From an uncultured Gemmatimonadales bacterium (GTDB lineage: Bacteria > Gemmatimonadota > Gemmatimonadetes > Gemmatimonadales > GWC2-71-9), in NCBI GenBank assembly GCA_963795085.1, contig CAWCFX010000006.1, positions 448,001-512,000 on the forward strand: a stretch of DNA of 64,000 nt, in the 5' to 3' direction. The notes under the pieces were generated by a model. It was not told the DNA's origin. It saw only the letters and a program-made list of their open reading frames with translations, and searched no databases. Made by a program: the position numbers and the translations under genes. Positions within the stretch are counted from its first letter, which is position 1. Each line of letters begins with the position of its first letter. Below, piece after piece: positions 19,201-29,873 of this stretch.

Positions 19201-19733
19201 CGGAATCAATGCGCTCCTTCGATCTTCAGCCGACCCTCAAGGGCAGCCTGGTCGAGCTCCGGCCGCTCCGCCCGGACGACTTCGATGCCCTCTACGCCGT
19301 CGCGGCCGATCCGCTGGTCTGGGAACAGCATCCCGCCCGGAACCGGTATCAGTCGGAGATCTTCCAGGCGCTCTTCGCGGAGAGCCTGGCCTCGGGCGGG
19401 GCGCTGGTTGCCACGGACGCTCTGACCGGGCAGGTCATCGGCTCGTCCCGCTACTGGGGATATGACCCGGAGCGGAGCGAGATCGAGATTGGGTGGACCT
19501 TCCTCGCCCGCTCCCACTGGGGCGGGAGATACAACGGCGACATGAAGGACCTCATGCTGCGGCACGCGTTCCGGTTCGTGGACTCGGTGGTGTTTCTCAT
19601 CGGCGCGGAAAACCTTCGGTCGCGACGCGCGGTGGAGAAGATCGGCGCGGTGCTGCTGGAATCCAGGCCCGACCCGGAGGGACGGGACCGGGTGGTCTAT
19701 CGGATCACCTCAGAGGGGTTTTCAGGGCGATGA
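19197..19733 (+). CDS. GNAT (RimJ/RimL-like) N-acetyltransferase
   Basis: EIGWTFLARSHWGG, ENLRSRRAVEKIG. Confidence 0.9.
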   Translation: MTESMRSFDLQPTLKGSLVELRPLRPDDFDALYAVAADPLVWEQHPARNRYQSEIFQALFAESLASGGALVATDALTGQVIGSSRYWGYDPERSEIEIGWTFLARSHWGGRYNGDMKDLMLRHAFRFVDSVVFLIGAENLRSRRAVEKIGAVLLESRPDPEGRDRVVYRITSEGFSGR

Positions 19734-20359
19734 CCACTCCCCCGATCGACCTCGAGGCCCAGTTCGGGCCGATCGACATCTACCTGTTCGACCAGCTGCT
19801 CCGGGGCCGGATTCTGCCCGGCATGCGCATCCTGGACGCGGGGTGCGGTCACGGGCGGAACCTGGTGTACCTGCTGCGGGGCGGCTACGAAGTGATGGCC
19901 GCGGACACCGACCCGGCGAGCGTCGCCAGTGTCCGCCAGCTCGCCGCCCGGCTGGCGCCGCGACTCCCGCCGGAGAACTTCCGGGTGGAACCAGTGGACG
20001 CGCTGTCGTTTCCCGACGCGTCGATGGACGTGGTGGTGTGCATCGCGGTGCTCCACTTCGCGCGGGACCCGGCGCACTGGGACGCGATGGTCACGGAAAC
20101 CTGGCGGGTGCTCAAGCCCGGCGGCCTCTACCTGGCGCGACTGGCCACTACCATCGGGATCGCCGACCGGGTCCGGCGGCTGGAGGGAAACCGGTACCTC
20201 CTGCCGGACGGGAGCGAGCGCTACCTGGTGAATGCGGCCGCCCTGGTCGAGACGACCCACCGGCTGGGTGGGACGCTGGCCGACCCGCTCAAGACGACGC
20301 TGGTGCAGGACCAGCGGGCGATGACGACGTGGGTGATGAGGAAGGCCTCGTCGGCCTGA
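19730..20359 (+). CDS. Class I SAM-dependent methyltransferase
   Basis: ILDAGCGHGRN, RVLKPGG; ATGA coupling to the GNAT gene. Confidence 0.9.
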   Translation: MTTPPIDLEAQFGPIDIYLFDQLLRGRILPGMRILDAGCGHGRNLVYLLRGGYEVMAADTDPASVASVRQLAARLAPRLPPENFRVEPVDALSFPDASMDVVVCIAVLHFARDPAHWDAMVTETWRVLKPGGLYLARLATTIGIADRVRRLEGNRYLLPDGSERYLVNAAALVETTHRLGGTLADPLKTTLVQDQRAMTTWVMRKASSA

Positions 20360-20486
20360 GGCGGCGGACCGCCCAGGGATCGATGGGTGGATGGGAGACG
20401 GGAACCAGCGCTGGCAGGACGTCGGGAGCGGAGGACGCCAGGCGGTCATCACCCTCAGGTGCAAGCAGGGCTGGCCACCGGCGGGA

Positions 20487-20518
20487 CCGGTCGTCCCGCG
20501 GCTGGCCCCGGTCATCCC
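20487..20518 (+). promoter_or_regulatory. Candidate LytTR direct-repeat box upstream of the kinase
   Basis: CCGGTCGTCCC and CCGGTCATCCC at a 21-bp period; near-duplicate at 22527. Confidence 0.6.
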
Positions 20519-20582
20519 TGCAACGGTCCAATTCCCTTCCTCCAACCTATCGGTGTGGCGCCAATCGAGCGATCTTGGCAGC

Positions 20583-21716
20583 ATGACGATGACCGCCGTG
20601 CCCGCCCCTGCTCTGCCCCACCGGTGGCGCCCGGAGTGGGCGGTGTACACCCTGGTGGCGCTGGTGCTGGCGCTCTCGACCCTGGCTCCCATGGTGCGCC
20701 TGGCCAATGGCGGCCCGCGTCTCACTCCGGGCGACCTCGTGTCCACCGTGGTGTCGCTGGCCGCCTGGTTGCCCTTCGTGGGCGCCCTGGTCTGGTTGCA
20801 GCGCCAGCGCGCCCGGCCCACCGCGACCCTCTGGGCGGCCCACCTCGCCCTGCTGCTGCTGGCACCGCCCCTCCACGCGGCGGGGTTCCTGATTCTTGAC
20901 GCGCTGCTCCGGGGCGTACCGGCCGCCGCCGGGCTCGCGGGACCCGGCTTCCCGGTGGTCACCGGGCTGGGCGTGCTGCAGTATGCCATCATCCTGGCAA
21001 CGCTGCAGGCACTGCAGGCCTCCGGGGCCGCCGACCGAAGCCGCGCGCACGCCGCCGAGTTTGCCCTGGCCCGGGAGCAGTTGGAGTCGCAACTGGCCCG
21101 CGCTCGCAGCGACGCGATCCGGGCCAGGCTGCAGCCGCATTTCCTCTTCAATACGCTGAACTCCATCTCGGTGATGGCCGCTGCCGACGCCGCGGGCGCC
21201 CAGCTGATGATCCGGCGGCTGAGCGAACTGCTGCGCGCGGTGCTGGTGGACGACGAGCACCCGACCGTCCCGCTGCGACGGGAGTTGGAACTGGTCGACG
21301 CCTACCTGGCCATCCAGCGGGTCCGGTTCGGCGACCGGCTCCGCACCACGCTGGACGCCGATCCCGCCGTGCTCGACGCCAATGTCCCCACCTTCCTGCT
21401 GCAGCCGCTGGTCGAGAACGCCATTCACCATGCTGTGGCCGCGCGGGACGAGGGCGGCGCCGTGGCGATCACGGCGGGCCTGGTGGGTGACCGGATGCGG
21501 CTGATCGTGCGGGACGACGGTGCCAGTGCCGCCCCGCCAGGCCAGCAGCGCGATGGGCTGGGCCTCCGCAATACCCGGGAGCGGCTCGCCCAGATGTACG
21601 GGCCGGAGGCACGGTTCGAGATCGAGGCCCCGCAAGGAGGCGGGTGGGAGGTTCGGCTGGAGCTGCCCGTCTCCCGGCCGCCGAGCCCGGGATCCGTCGG
21701 CGAGGTCGGCCGGTGA
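20583..21716 (+). CDS. LytS/YehU-type sensor histidine kinase
   Basis: TM segments; LQPHFLFNTLN, LQPLVENAI, DDG, GLGLRN. Confidence 0.92.
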   Translation: MTMTAVPAPALPHRWRPEWAVYTLVALVLALSTLAPMVRLANGGPRLTPGDLVSTVVSLAAWLPFVGALVWLQRQRARPTATLWAAHLALLLLAPPLHAAGFLILDALLRGVPAAAGLAGPGFPVVTGLGVLQYAIILATLQALQASGAADRSRAHAAEFALAREQLESQLARARSDAIRARLQPHFLFNTLNSISVMAAADAAGAQLMIRRLSELLRAVLVDDEHPTVPLRRELELVDAYLAIQRVRFGDRLRTTLDADPAVLDANVPTFLLQPLVENAIHHAVAARDEGGAVAITAGLVGDRMRLIVRDDGASAAPPGQQRDGLGLRNTRERLAQMYGPEARFEIEAPQGGGWEVRLELPVSRPPSPGSVGEVGR

Positions 21717-22501
21717 CCGGGACCGAGGCGCTCGACGTCCTGGTCGTCGACGATGAGCCGCTCGCCCGGCGCGGCATCCGCGACCTGTTCGGCACGGTCC
21801 CCGGGCCCGCCACCATCCGCGAGGCCAGTTCAGGCGGCGAAGGGGTGCGGATGATCCGCGAGCAGCGGCCCGACCTGGTGCTGCTCGACGTGCAGATGCC
21901 GCGGATGGACGGGTTCGGCGTGATCGAGACGATCGGTGCCGCGGAGATGCCTCCGGTGGTCTTTGTCACCGCCCACGACGAGCACGCCCTCCGGGCCTTC
22001 GAAGTGCACGCGGTGGACTACCTGCTGAAGCCGGTCGATCCGGAGCGCTTCCGGGACGCGATCGACCGGGCTCGCCATGCCATCGACCGGGACCAGGCGG
22101 CCGGCCTCCGAGGCGCGCTGGCCTCCGCCAGGGCGCACTGGCAGCAGGCTCGCTCCACCCCTGCTCCGGCGGAGCCCCCGCGCCGGCTGGCGGTGCGCCA
22201 GGACGACCGGATCGTGTTCGTCGAGCCCGGCGCCATCGAGTGGGTAGAGGCGCAGGGCAATTACGCGGTGCTGCATCTCCGCGATGGCGTGCTGCGCCAC
22301 CGGTCAACCATGGAGGAAATGGAGACGCTGCTGGGCCCCTCCTTCGTGCGGATCCGCCGCTCCGTCCTGCTGCGCACCGATGCCGTCCGCTACTGCGAGC
22401 CGTGGGGCAAAGGCAGTTACGTCTTCGTGCTGCGCGACCAGACCCGGCTCACCTCCAGCCGCTATTTCCGCCACCGGCTCCGGCCGCTCCTCGGCAACTG
22501 A
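21713..22501 (+). CDS. LytTR-family response regulator
   Basis: VVDDEPLAR, LDVQMP, IEWVEAQGNY, FVRIRRS. Confidence 0.93.
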   Translation: MTGTEALDVLVVDDEPLARRGIRDLFGTVPGPATIREASSGGEGVRMIREQRPDLVLLDVQMPRMDGFGVIETIGAAEMPPVVFVTAHDEHALRAFEVHAVDYLLKPVDPERFRDAIDRARHAIDRDQAAGLRGALASARAHWQQARSTPAPAEPPRRLAVRQDDRIVFVEPGAIEWVEAQGNYAVLHLRDGVLRHRSTMEEMETLLGPSFVRIRRSVLLRTDAVRYCEPWGKGSYVFVLRDQTRLTSSRYFRHRLRPLLGN

Positions 22502-22526
22502 CCGGCGCGGCCTCGCGGCGGCGGGA

Positions 22527-22558
22527 CCGGTCGCCCCGCGGGCCGCCCCGGATATCCC
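22527..22558 (+). promoter_or_regulatory. Candidate LytTR direct-repeat box upstream of the S41 peptidase
   Basis: CCGGTCGCCCC and CCGGATATCCC at a 21-bp period. Confidence 0.55.
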
Positions 22559-22685
22559 CGGGCCGTGGACCCGCGCGCACCCCGGCGCCATCCTTGCGCG
22601 TCGTCCCCGCGGGACCTCGCCCGGGAAGCGTTGCACCGGTTCGGCCCCGCCCACCACCGACCCAACCATGAGCACCGGAGATCCC

Positions 22686-23705
22686 ATGTCCTTCGCTCCC
22701 GCCAGCGCGATCCTCCTCTCCCTGCTGGCTTTCGTCCCCCCAGCCGCAGCACAGACACCCATCTCGCTCGACGCCCCGCTGCGCGATACCGTGATCGACG
22801 CCGCCCGGCGAACCCGGCTGATCGATACACTGATCCAGCGGCTGGAAGCGACCTACGTATTTCCCGAGAAGGTACCCGCCTTCGCGGCGGCCCTCCGCGC
22901 CCGGGCCGCCCGGGGCGGGTACGACGGCATCACCAGCGCGGTGGCATTCGCCGAGACGCTGACGGCGAACCTGCAGGAGGTGGCCAGCGACCGCCACCTC
23001 CGGGTTCGCTATACCGATGCCGTGCTTCCGCGCACCCGGCCTCAGCCGGGACCGCCGACCGCCGCGCAGGTCCAGCGGAACCGGGACCAGGCCCGCGAGG
23101 AGTCCTATGGGCTGGGACGCTCCGAAGTCCTGCCCGGCAACATCGGCTACCTCGAAGTCCGCTCGTTCGGCTATCCCCCCGAGGACATCGCGGAGGGAGT
23201 GGCGGCGGCCATGACCCCCCTGGCGAATACCGACGCCCTGATCATCGATATCCGCGTCAACGGCGGCGGCACACCGTACGCCGTGGCCCATCTCGCCAGC
23301 TACCTGTTCGGCCCCGATTCAGTTCACCTCAATTCCATCTACTGGCGGCCTGAGGATTCGACGATGCATTTCTGGACCAGCCGGGAGGTACCGGGCCGCC
23401 GTTTTGGTCCCACCAAGCCGGTCTATGTACTGGTCAGCAACCGTACTTTCTCCGCCGCCGAGGAATTCGCGTACAACCTGCAAGCGCGGAAGCGGGCTAC
23501 GATCGTGGGTGCGGCGACCCGGGGCGGCGCCCACCCCGGGCAGGGGGAACGGCTCGATGACCACTTCTTTGTTTTCGTACCGAGCGGCCGGGCGATCAAC
23601 CCCGTGACCGGGCAGAACTGGGAGGGAGTGGGGGTGATTCCTGAGGTCCGGGTGGCCCCGGACAGCGCATTGGCCGCGGCGCTCCGCCTGGCTCGGCGAC
23701 ACTGA
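22686..23705 (+). CDS. S41-family peptidase (IRBP-like)
   Basis: Signal peptide; DRHL, GNIGYL, IIDIRVNGGG, TFSAAEEF, NWEGVGVIP. Confidence 0.92.
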   Translation: MSFAPASAILLSLLAFVPPAAAQTPISLDAPLRDTVIDAARRTRLIDTLIQRLEATYVFPEKVPAFAAALRARAARGGYDGITSAVAFAETLTANLQEVASDRHLRVRYTDAVLPRTRPQPGPPTAAQVQRNRDQAREESYGLGRSEVLPGNIGYLEVRSFGYPPEDIAEGVAAAMTPLANTDALIIDIRVNGGGTPYAVAHLASYLFGPDSVHLNSIYWRPEDSTMHFWTSREVPGRRFGPTKPVYVLVSNRTFSAAEEFAYNLQARKRATIVGAATRGGAHPGQGERLDDHFFVFVPSGRAINPVTGQNWEGVGVIPEVRVAPDSALAAALRLARRH

Positions 23706-23872
23706 GCCTTCGGGCCGATTGACATCCACCGGTTCGCCCGGCTGCTGCGGGCCGGGTTCTGCCACCGGCCTGCGCTCCGGAAGGGTAAGACCGGACGGTA
23801 AGCGCTTGGCCGGGGCAGACGGCCGGTCTGGCCTTTACGCCTGTCCCCAAACCTGCCACCATTCCCCTCCCC

Positions 23873-24319
23873 ATGGGGAAACACGTCCTTCTCTTCGGCC
23901 TGCTCGCCGGCCTCCTGATCGCCGCGCTCCGGCTCATCGAATATCGCTGGCTGGTGATCGAGCATTCCGTCGAAATCTACGGCGGGCTGGTGGCCGCCGT
24001 CTTCGCCGGCCTGGGCATCTGGCTCGGCCTCCGTCTGACCCGGGGGCGCGAGACCGTTGTCGTGCGGGAGGTCATGGTCCCCACCCCGGCCAGCTTCATC
24101 CGCGACCAGGGCAAGGTCGAGTCCCTCGGCATCACCCCCCGGGAATTTGAGATCCTGGAGCTGATCGCGCAGGGCCTCAGCAACCGAGAGATCGCCGGCC
24201 GGGTGCACGTCAGCGAGAACACCGTCAAGACCCACTCCAGCCGCATCTTCGACAAGCTGGGGGCCCGGCGCCGGACCCAGGCCGTCCAGCTGGCCCGGGA
24301 GCTTCGGCTCATTCCCTAG
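23873..24319 (+). CDS. Membrane-anchored LuxR-family HTH regulator
   Basis: Two TM helices, then ITPREFEILELIAQGLSNREIA..SENTVKTH. Confidence 0.92.
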   Translation: MGKHVLLFGLLAGLLIAALRLIEYRWLVIEHSVEIYGGLVAAVFAGLGIWLGLRLTRGRETVVVREVMVPTPASFIRDQGKVESLGITPREFEILELIAQGLSNREIAGRVHVSENTVKTHSSRIFDKLGARRRTQAVQLARELRLIP

Positions 24320-24338
24320 CCCCCGGGACGGGTAGAGG

Positions 24339-24392
24339 CCACACTTTCGGATGATCTTGCCCCCAATCTCCTAAAATCACCCGTTTGGGTGA
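24339..24392. promoter_or_regulatory. Pair of 16-bp palindromic operator-like sites
   Basis: CCACAC-TTTC-GGATGA (24339) and perfect TCACCC-GTTT-GGGTGA (24377), ahead of TAGAAT. Confidence 0.55.
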
Positions 24393-24448
24393 CGCGCCAC
24401 GCGCGGGCGGCGGCTAGAATCGGCCGTCCTCAACCACCCGGAGCTCCC

Positions 24449-24988
24449 ATGCGCAGGATCGTGCTCACTTTTGGACTGATCGCCGGCGGCCTCCTGGCGG
24501 CCATGATGTTCTTCACCCTGCCCTTCCAGGAGCAGATCGGCTTCGAGAAGGGCGAGATCATCGGCTATGCGACGATGGTGCTCGCCTTCCTGATGGTGTT
24601 CTTCGGCATCCGGTCCTACCGCGACAACGTCGCGAAAGGAAGCATCACCTTCGGCAGGGCCTTCAAGGTGGGCCTGCTGATCACCCTGGTCGCCACCGCC
24701 TGCTACGTCGCCGCCTGGCAACTCGTCTACTACAAACTGGCGCCCGATTTCACCGCGAACTACGCCGCCTACGCCATCGAGAAGGCGCGGGAATCGGGGG
24801 CGACGGAATCCGAGGTGGCGGAGAAGACCCGGAAAATGGAGGAGTTCCAGGCCATGTACCGGAATCCGCTGGTCAACGTCGCCATCACCGCGCTGGAGCC
24901 GCTCCCGGTCGGCATCCTGTTCACGCTGGTTGCTGCTGGCGTGCTGAGCCGGAAGCGCAGGGCCCCGGACCCGGCGGCCGCTCGCTGA
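24449..24988 (+). CDS. DUF4199-family membrane protein
   Basis: [31 protein letters not shown]. Confidence 0.88.
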   Translation: MRRIVLTFGLIAGGLLAAMMFFTLPFQEQIGFEKGEIIGYATMVLAFLMVFFGIRSYRDNVAKGSITFGRAFKVGLLITLVATACYVAAWQLVYYKLAPDFTANYAAYAIEKARESGATESEVAEKTRKMEEFQAMYRNPLVNVAITALEPLPVGILFTLVAAGVLSRKRRAPDPAAAR

Positions 24989-25025
24989 TCGCGCACCTCC
25001 GCCTACTCCCACAAGGACGGCTCCC

Positions 25026-25397
25026 ATGCAGCTCGGCGCCTTTTCCATCAGCCTCGCGGTCCGCGATCTCCAGGCTTCGAAAGCCTTTTACGAGAAGCTC
25101 GGGTTTTCCGAGTTCGCGGGAAACGCCGCCCAGAACTGGCTCATCCTCCGCAACGGTGACACCGTGATCGGGATCTTCCAGGGAATGTTCGAGAAGAACA
25201 TGCTGACCTTCAACCCGGGCTGGGACGGCAATGCCCAGACGCTGCCCTCCTTCACCGATATCCGCGAGCTGCAGCGGCGGCTCAAGGCCAGCGGGGTGAC
25301 GCTGCTCAAGGAGGCGGACGAGACCTCATCCGGTCCGGCCAGCCTCCTGGCGCTGGATCCCGACGGGAACCCGGTCCTGCTGGACCAGCACGTGTGA
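25026..25397 (+). CDS. VOC/glyoxalase-family protein
   Basis: [31 protein letters not shown]. Confidence 0.9.
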   Translation: MQLGAFSISLAVRDLQASKAFYEKLGFSEFAGNAAQNWLILRNGDTVIGIFQGMFEKNMLTFNPGWDGNAQTLPSFTDIRELQRRLKASGVTLLKEADETSSGPASLLALDPDGNPVLLDQHV

Positions 25398-25462
25398 GCG
25401 ATGAATTCGCGCCGCTGGGGAATTCACGGTAAATTTCCATCCCCTGTCACCCCGGCCGGTCC

Positions 25463-26560
25463 ATGACCGTTCCCATCACCCTGCTCCTGTTGCTCCAGGT
25501 TTCCGGCGCTCCGGTCCCGGTGGAATTCACCGCGCCCCCCGGATGGGTTGCGGTCGAAGCCCCGCCGCTCCGGGCCTTTACGCCCACGGACCTGGCGCCG
25601 GGGCAGGCGCTCCTGGTGGCCGTGTGGCCCACCGAGCGGATCAACCTGAACGTCTTTCCCAACTGGTTCGAGACCAGGCTCAATGGCCCGGGCGAGACGG
25701 TGCTGCAGCAGGGCCCGACCGAGCGGCGCCCGCGGAACGGGCTCGAGGTCCTGACCGCGACGCAGCGGGTCGCGCTGCCGCAGCTCGGACCGGTGGTACG
25801 GGTGCTCTACGCCATAGGCGCCGGTGACCGGGTGGCCCTGGCGATGCTGACCGCCAACCAGGACGAGCTGGTGACCCGGTACGCCGAGCCGGTGCGCGCG
25901 TTCTTCGAGTCCCTGCGGTTTTCCGGCGCGACGGCAACATCCAGCTCAGCCCGGGAAGGCGGACGTACCCCCATACCCGCCGCGGGGTTCGAAGGGAGCC
26001 AGCCGCGCGGTCTCTTCTACCGGCTTCGTTCCGGCGGGAGCAGCCGGATGGAGACCCAGACGCGGCTCTTCCTGCCCCCCAACCGGATCCTTCTCGTCAG
26101 CCCGATGGGCAGCGGGGAGCGGATCGACCTCGCCCGGTGCAGCCCCGATACCTGCGGCACCTACACGGTCGCCGGAGGCTTCCTCATGGTCCGGTGGGAC
26201 AACAACGCGACGCAGCGGCTGAGATTTGTCCGCTCCGCCGACGGCTTCACCCTGGACGGGGACACCTTTCAGCCGGCGCGACCCGTGGCCGCCGCGGAGA
26301 TCGTGGGCAGCTGGGGCGACCCGTCCAACGCCGGCAGCAGCGCCTCCGGCCTCAAGTTCAGCGTGGACGAACGCTTCGAGTGGGGAGCGGGCAGCCGGGA
26401 GACCACCCTCCGCGGCCGCTACGAGCTCAAGGGGATGACGCTGACGCTCAACTTTACGGATGGGACAACCAAAGACTACGCCTTGTTTGCCGCCGGGCGG
26501 ACCCGGCCCGCGGGGCTGCTGAGCCTGGACGGGACGGTGTTTTCGAGAACGGGGCGGTAA
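25463..26560 (+). CDS. Hypothetical secreted protein
   Basis: Hydrophobic N-terminus, long ORF with coding-like codon usage. Confidence 0.7.
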   Translation: MTVPITLLLLLQVSGAPVPVEFTAPPGWVAVEAPPLRAFTPTDLAPGQALLVAVWPTERINLNVFPNWFETRLNGPGETVLQQGPTERRPRNGLEVLTATQRVALPQLGPVVRVLYAIGAGDRVALAMLTANQDELVTRYAEPVRAFFESLRFSGATATSSSAREGGRTPIPAAGFEGSQPRGLFYRLRSGGSSRMETQTRLFLPPNRILLVSPMGSGERIDLARCSPDTCGTYTVAGGFLMVRWDNNATQRLRFVRSADGFTLDGDTFQPARPVAAAEIVGSWGDPSNAGSSASGLKFSVDERFEWGAGSRETTLRGRYELKGMTLTLNFTDGTTKDYALFAAGRTRPAGLLSLDGTVFSRTGR

Positions 26561-26600
26561 TACTGGGCGGTAGAACAAGGCGGTAGGACTGGGCGGTAAG
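26552..26600. repeat. GGCGGTA(A/G) repeats x4 (~12-14 bp period)
   Basis: gggcggtaatactgggcggtagaacaaggcggtaggactgggcggtaag. Confidence 0.75.
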
Positions 26601-26649
26601 ACTGGCCCGCCGGTTCCTTCAGCCCGCCAACTCGCAACAGGAATACATA

Positions 26650-27987
26650 TTGAACGCATCCCTCATTCAGCTGAAATCATTGTCGCACCGCGTCCTGGTC
26701 TGCCTCGTCGTGGTGTCAGGTCTGACCGCATCCCCGGCCCGGGCCCAGGTTGAGGTGGAAAGCTTTGACGGCTCCTTCCGCCTGCAGACGGGAGAGATCA
26801 TCACCGGCGGCTACTTCGTCGAGGGCGGCGTGGGGCGGTTTCTGTACATGGACACCGAGCGGCTCACCCGGGGCGGGCTCTTCGAGCGCGCGGGAGCCCG
26901 GCTGCTCCGCTCGGTTTTCCCGCCCGGGAGCGTGGAAATCGAGTTCCGGGCGGAGCCGGGCGGCCGGGTCAACTCGCTCGTATGGCGCGAACCAGGGCGG
27001 GACCCGGTCCGGGGAGAACGCATCTACCCCCATCGCTCCCGCGAGGTCCGCTTCGCCTCGGCGGATGGAACCATGCTGCACGGCCGGCTCCTCGTTCCCG
27101 GTTGCGGAAGACCCCACCCGGTCGTCGTGTCGGTCCACGGCTCCGGCCCGGTGGACCGCTACGGTGGACCCTACCACACCTGGTTCCTGCAGCGAGGCAT
27201 CGCAGTGCTCGCGTATGACAAGCGTGGCTACACCACGGGCACGGAGGCATGGCGCGAACCCGACCTCGCGGACCTGGCTGCCGACGCGGCGGCTGCCGTC
27301 CGTTTCGCCGCGGCGCAGCCCGGCCTGGACCGCGAGCGGGTCGGGATTTTCGGGAGCAGCCAGGCGGGGTGGGTCGTTCCGCGCGCCGCTGTCGAGGCAC
27401 CGGAGACGGCCTTCATCATTCTGCGTGCCGGCGCCGCCGTGAGCGAGGCCGAGACCAATCTCCACGAAGTGCGACAGGAACTGCGCGCCGAGGGACTCTC
27501 CGGGCTGGCGCTGGACAATGCCGTGCAGTTGCGGCGGGACATTTACGCGACCGCGATGAGGGGGGAGCCCATCTCGGCCACCGATGTTCTGGTCGCGCCC
27601 TACCTCGCCGAGCCGTGGTACCGGACCGCCTTTGGGGAGGGACCGGTCAGCGGGCGGTGGTCCGCCCGGTGGTGGGAGTGGGCGCAGCGCAACCTGGCCG
27701 TAACCGCAACCCCCTACCTCGAGCAGTTCCAGGGACCCGTGCTCTGGTTTCTCGCCGGAGCCGATGAGAACGTCCCGCTGGTCTCCACCCGCGCCGCCCT
27801 GGAACGGGCGTTCTCGGCCTCTCCCGGCCGCGACCAGGAAATCGTCGTTCTCGACCGCGCGCTTCACTCTTTTCTCCTCCCTTCCCCGGACGGGCCGCCC
27901 CGCTTTTCCCCGGGATTCTTCAATCGGATGGGAGAATGGTTGCAGGGTCGCGGGCTGACCGGGGCCGGCTGCCGGGGCGGGACCTGA
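26650..27987 (+). CDS. Secreted alpha/beta hydrolase (S9/S15-like)
   Basis: HGSG, YDKRG, GSSQAG nucleophile elbow, DENVP, H; TTG start. Confidence 0.85.
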   Translation: MNASLIQLKSLSHRVLVCLVVVSGLTASPARAQVEVESFDGSFRLQTGEIITGGYFVEGGVGRFLYMDTERLTRGGLFERAGARLLRSVFPPGSVEIEFRAEPGGRVNSLVWREPGRDPVRGERIYPHRSREVRFASADGTMLHGRLLVPGCGRPHPVVVSVHGSGPVDRYGGPYHTWFLQRGIAVLAYDKRGYTTGTEAWREPDLADLAADAAAAVRFAAAQPGLDRERVGIFGSSQAGWVVPRAAVEAPETAFIILRAGAAVSEAETNLHEVRQELRAEGLSGLALDNAVQLRRDIYATAMRGEPISATDVLVAPYLAEPWYRTAFGEGPVSGRWSARWWEWAQRNLAVTATPYLEQFQGPVLWFLAGADENVPLVSTRAALERAFSASPGRDQEIVVLDRALHSFLLPSPDGPPRFSPGFFNRMGEWLQGRGLTGAGCRGGT

Positions 27988-28097
27988 ACCTCGGAAGCTC
28001 GCCGGGTTCGCCCGCACGTTGACCTCCCGCCCAAACCTCGCCAAGATTCCAGCCCACACCGCGCCACTCGTTCCTCCAGACCAGGGGCCGTCCCGCC

Positions 28098-29663
28098 ATG
28101 TCCCGCAAGAAATTCACCCGCCGCCAGTTTGTCTCCAGTTCCAGCGCCATGGCCCTGGGAGCCACCATTCTTCCCCGCCGGGTCCTGGGCGGTCCGGGGT
28201 ACCAGGCTCCCAGTGACACGGTCAACTTCGCCGTGGTCGGGTTTGGCGGCATGGGCGCCGAGAATGCCATGGAGCTGGTCAAGACGGAGAACATGGTGGC
28301 GGTGTGCGACGTGGATTTTGGCTACGCGGACCGGAAGATCACCGACCGGCTCAAGACCGGCGAGGGGCAGGACCGGCCCGAGGGACTCAAGCTGCAGGAG
28401 CACTACCGGAAGGCGAAGCGCTACGACGACTTCCGGGAGATGCTGCAGACGGAGAAGGGGATCGACGCCGTGGTGGTCGCGACCCCGGACCATCTGCACG
28501 GGGTGGTGGCCAAGGCGGCGATGGACATGGGCAAGCACGTCTATGTGCAGAAACCGCTGACCTGGTCGGTGCACGAGGCCCGCGTTCTCCGGCAGACGGC
28601 GATGGCCAACCCGAAGATCGTCACCCAGATGGGCAACCAGGGCCACTCGCGCGAGTCGGCGCTTTTCATCAACGAATGGATCCAGGCCGGGGTGATCGGT
28701 CCGGTGCACGAGGTGCACTCCTGGACCAACCGGCCCACCGCCTACTGGCCGCAGGGTCTTCCCCGCCCCATCGGGGGGGCCATTCCCGAGGTGAACAGCC
28801 CCTACGGCCAGCCCTGGAACTACCGGCACGTGCAGAACGTGCTCGGCGCCGCGATGGGCGGCGGCTCGGCGCCGCCGCCCGGGCTGCACTGGGATCTCTA
28901 CCTCGGCCCGGTGGCGGAGGACATTCCGTTCCATCCGATCTACCACCCGTTCAACTGGCGCGGCTGGGTGGATTTCGGGGTCGGTGCGCTGGGGGACATG
29001 GGAGCCCACCTGATTGACCACCCCTACTGGGCGCTGGGCCTCACCTATCCGACCAGCATCGAGGCGACGTCCACCCCCTGGGGTACCATGCGGCTACCGC
29101 CGGAAGACCCCAACGCCCCGGCCAACACCCCCGCCGGGCGGCCCCGCTCAAAGCCCGTGTCGTATCCTGTCGCCACCCGGGTGAACTACCAGTTCCCGGC
29201 CCGCGGGACCATGCCACCCGTCAAGCTCTTCTGGACCGATGGCGGCCTCTTCCCGCCCCGGCCCGATGCCTTGCCGGACACCGTGGAGTTGAAGGGGGAG
29301 GGCGGGGTGATCTACATCGGGGAGAAGGGGATCCTGATGCACGACACCTACGGCGAGAATCCCCAGCTTTACCCCGAGTCCCTGAAAGAGGCGGCGGCCC
29401 GGGTGCCGAAGTCGATGCCGCGGATCACGTGGAGCCACGAACTCAACTGGGCCAAGGCGATCAAGGGCCAGGATGGCGCCCGGGCCAGCTCACCCTTCGA
29501 CTACGCCGCCCGGCTCACCGAAACGATGTTGCTGGGCCTGGTGGCGCTCCGCACCGGGCAGGGCAAGCATATCCTCTATGACGGCAATGCGGGGACAGTG
29601 ACCAACCGGCCGGAGGCGAACCAGTACCTGAGCCGGGAATACCGGGCGGGCTGGGCGATCTGA
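28098..29663 (+). CDS. Tat-exported Gfo/Idh/MocA oxidoreductase
   Basis: TRRQF twin-arginine, [30 protein letters not shown]. Confidence 0.93.
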   Translation: MSRKKFTRRQFVSSSSAMALGATILPRRVLGGPGYQAPSDTVNFAVVGFGGMGAENAMELVKTENMVAVCDVDFGYADRKITDRLKTGEGQDRPEGLKLQEHYRKAKRYDDFREMLQTEKGIDAVVVATPDHLHGVVAKAAMDMGKHVYVQKPLTWSVHEARVLRQTAMANPKIVTQMGNQGHSRESALFINEWIQAGVIGPVHEVHSWTNRPTAYWPQGLPRPIGGAIPEVNSPYGQPWNYRHVQNVLGAAMGGGSAPPPGLHWDLYLGPVAEDIPFHPIYHPFNWRGWVDFGVGALGDMGAHLIDHPYWALGLTYPTSIEATSTPWGTMRLPPEDPNAPANTPAGRPRSKPVSYPVATRVNYQFPARGTMPPVKLFWTDGGLFPPRPDALPDTVELKGEGGVIYIGEKGILMHDTYGENPQLYPESLKEAAARVPKSMPRITWSHELNWAKAIKGQDGARASSPFDYAARLTETMLLGLVALRTGQGKHILYDGNAGTVTNRPEANQYLSREYRAGWAI

Positions 29664-29873
29664 GGGGAAACTTGGCAAAGGTCAGAGAATCCGGGCGCCT
29701 CCGATCTGGCGGTAAGCTGCCACAGCCGAACTGCAAAGGTTGAAGAAAAAGGAAGATTACGAAATGCTGTTTATGCCTGTTCGGGGCCATTCGATTGTTT
29801 CGTGCTTTGGCGTTTGGCTGTTTGCACTTGGGACTTAGATGATCTTCACTCCCTTTCTCTCTCGTTGAGAACA

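Noticed and set aside
1..28000. Genomic island or prophage
   Set aside because: Accessory-type genes, but no integrase, transposase, phage genes, flanking tRNA or clear composition shift
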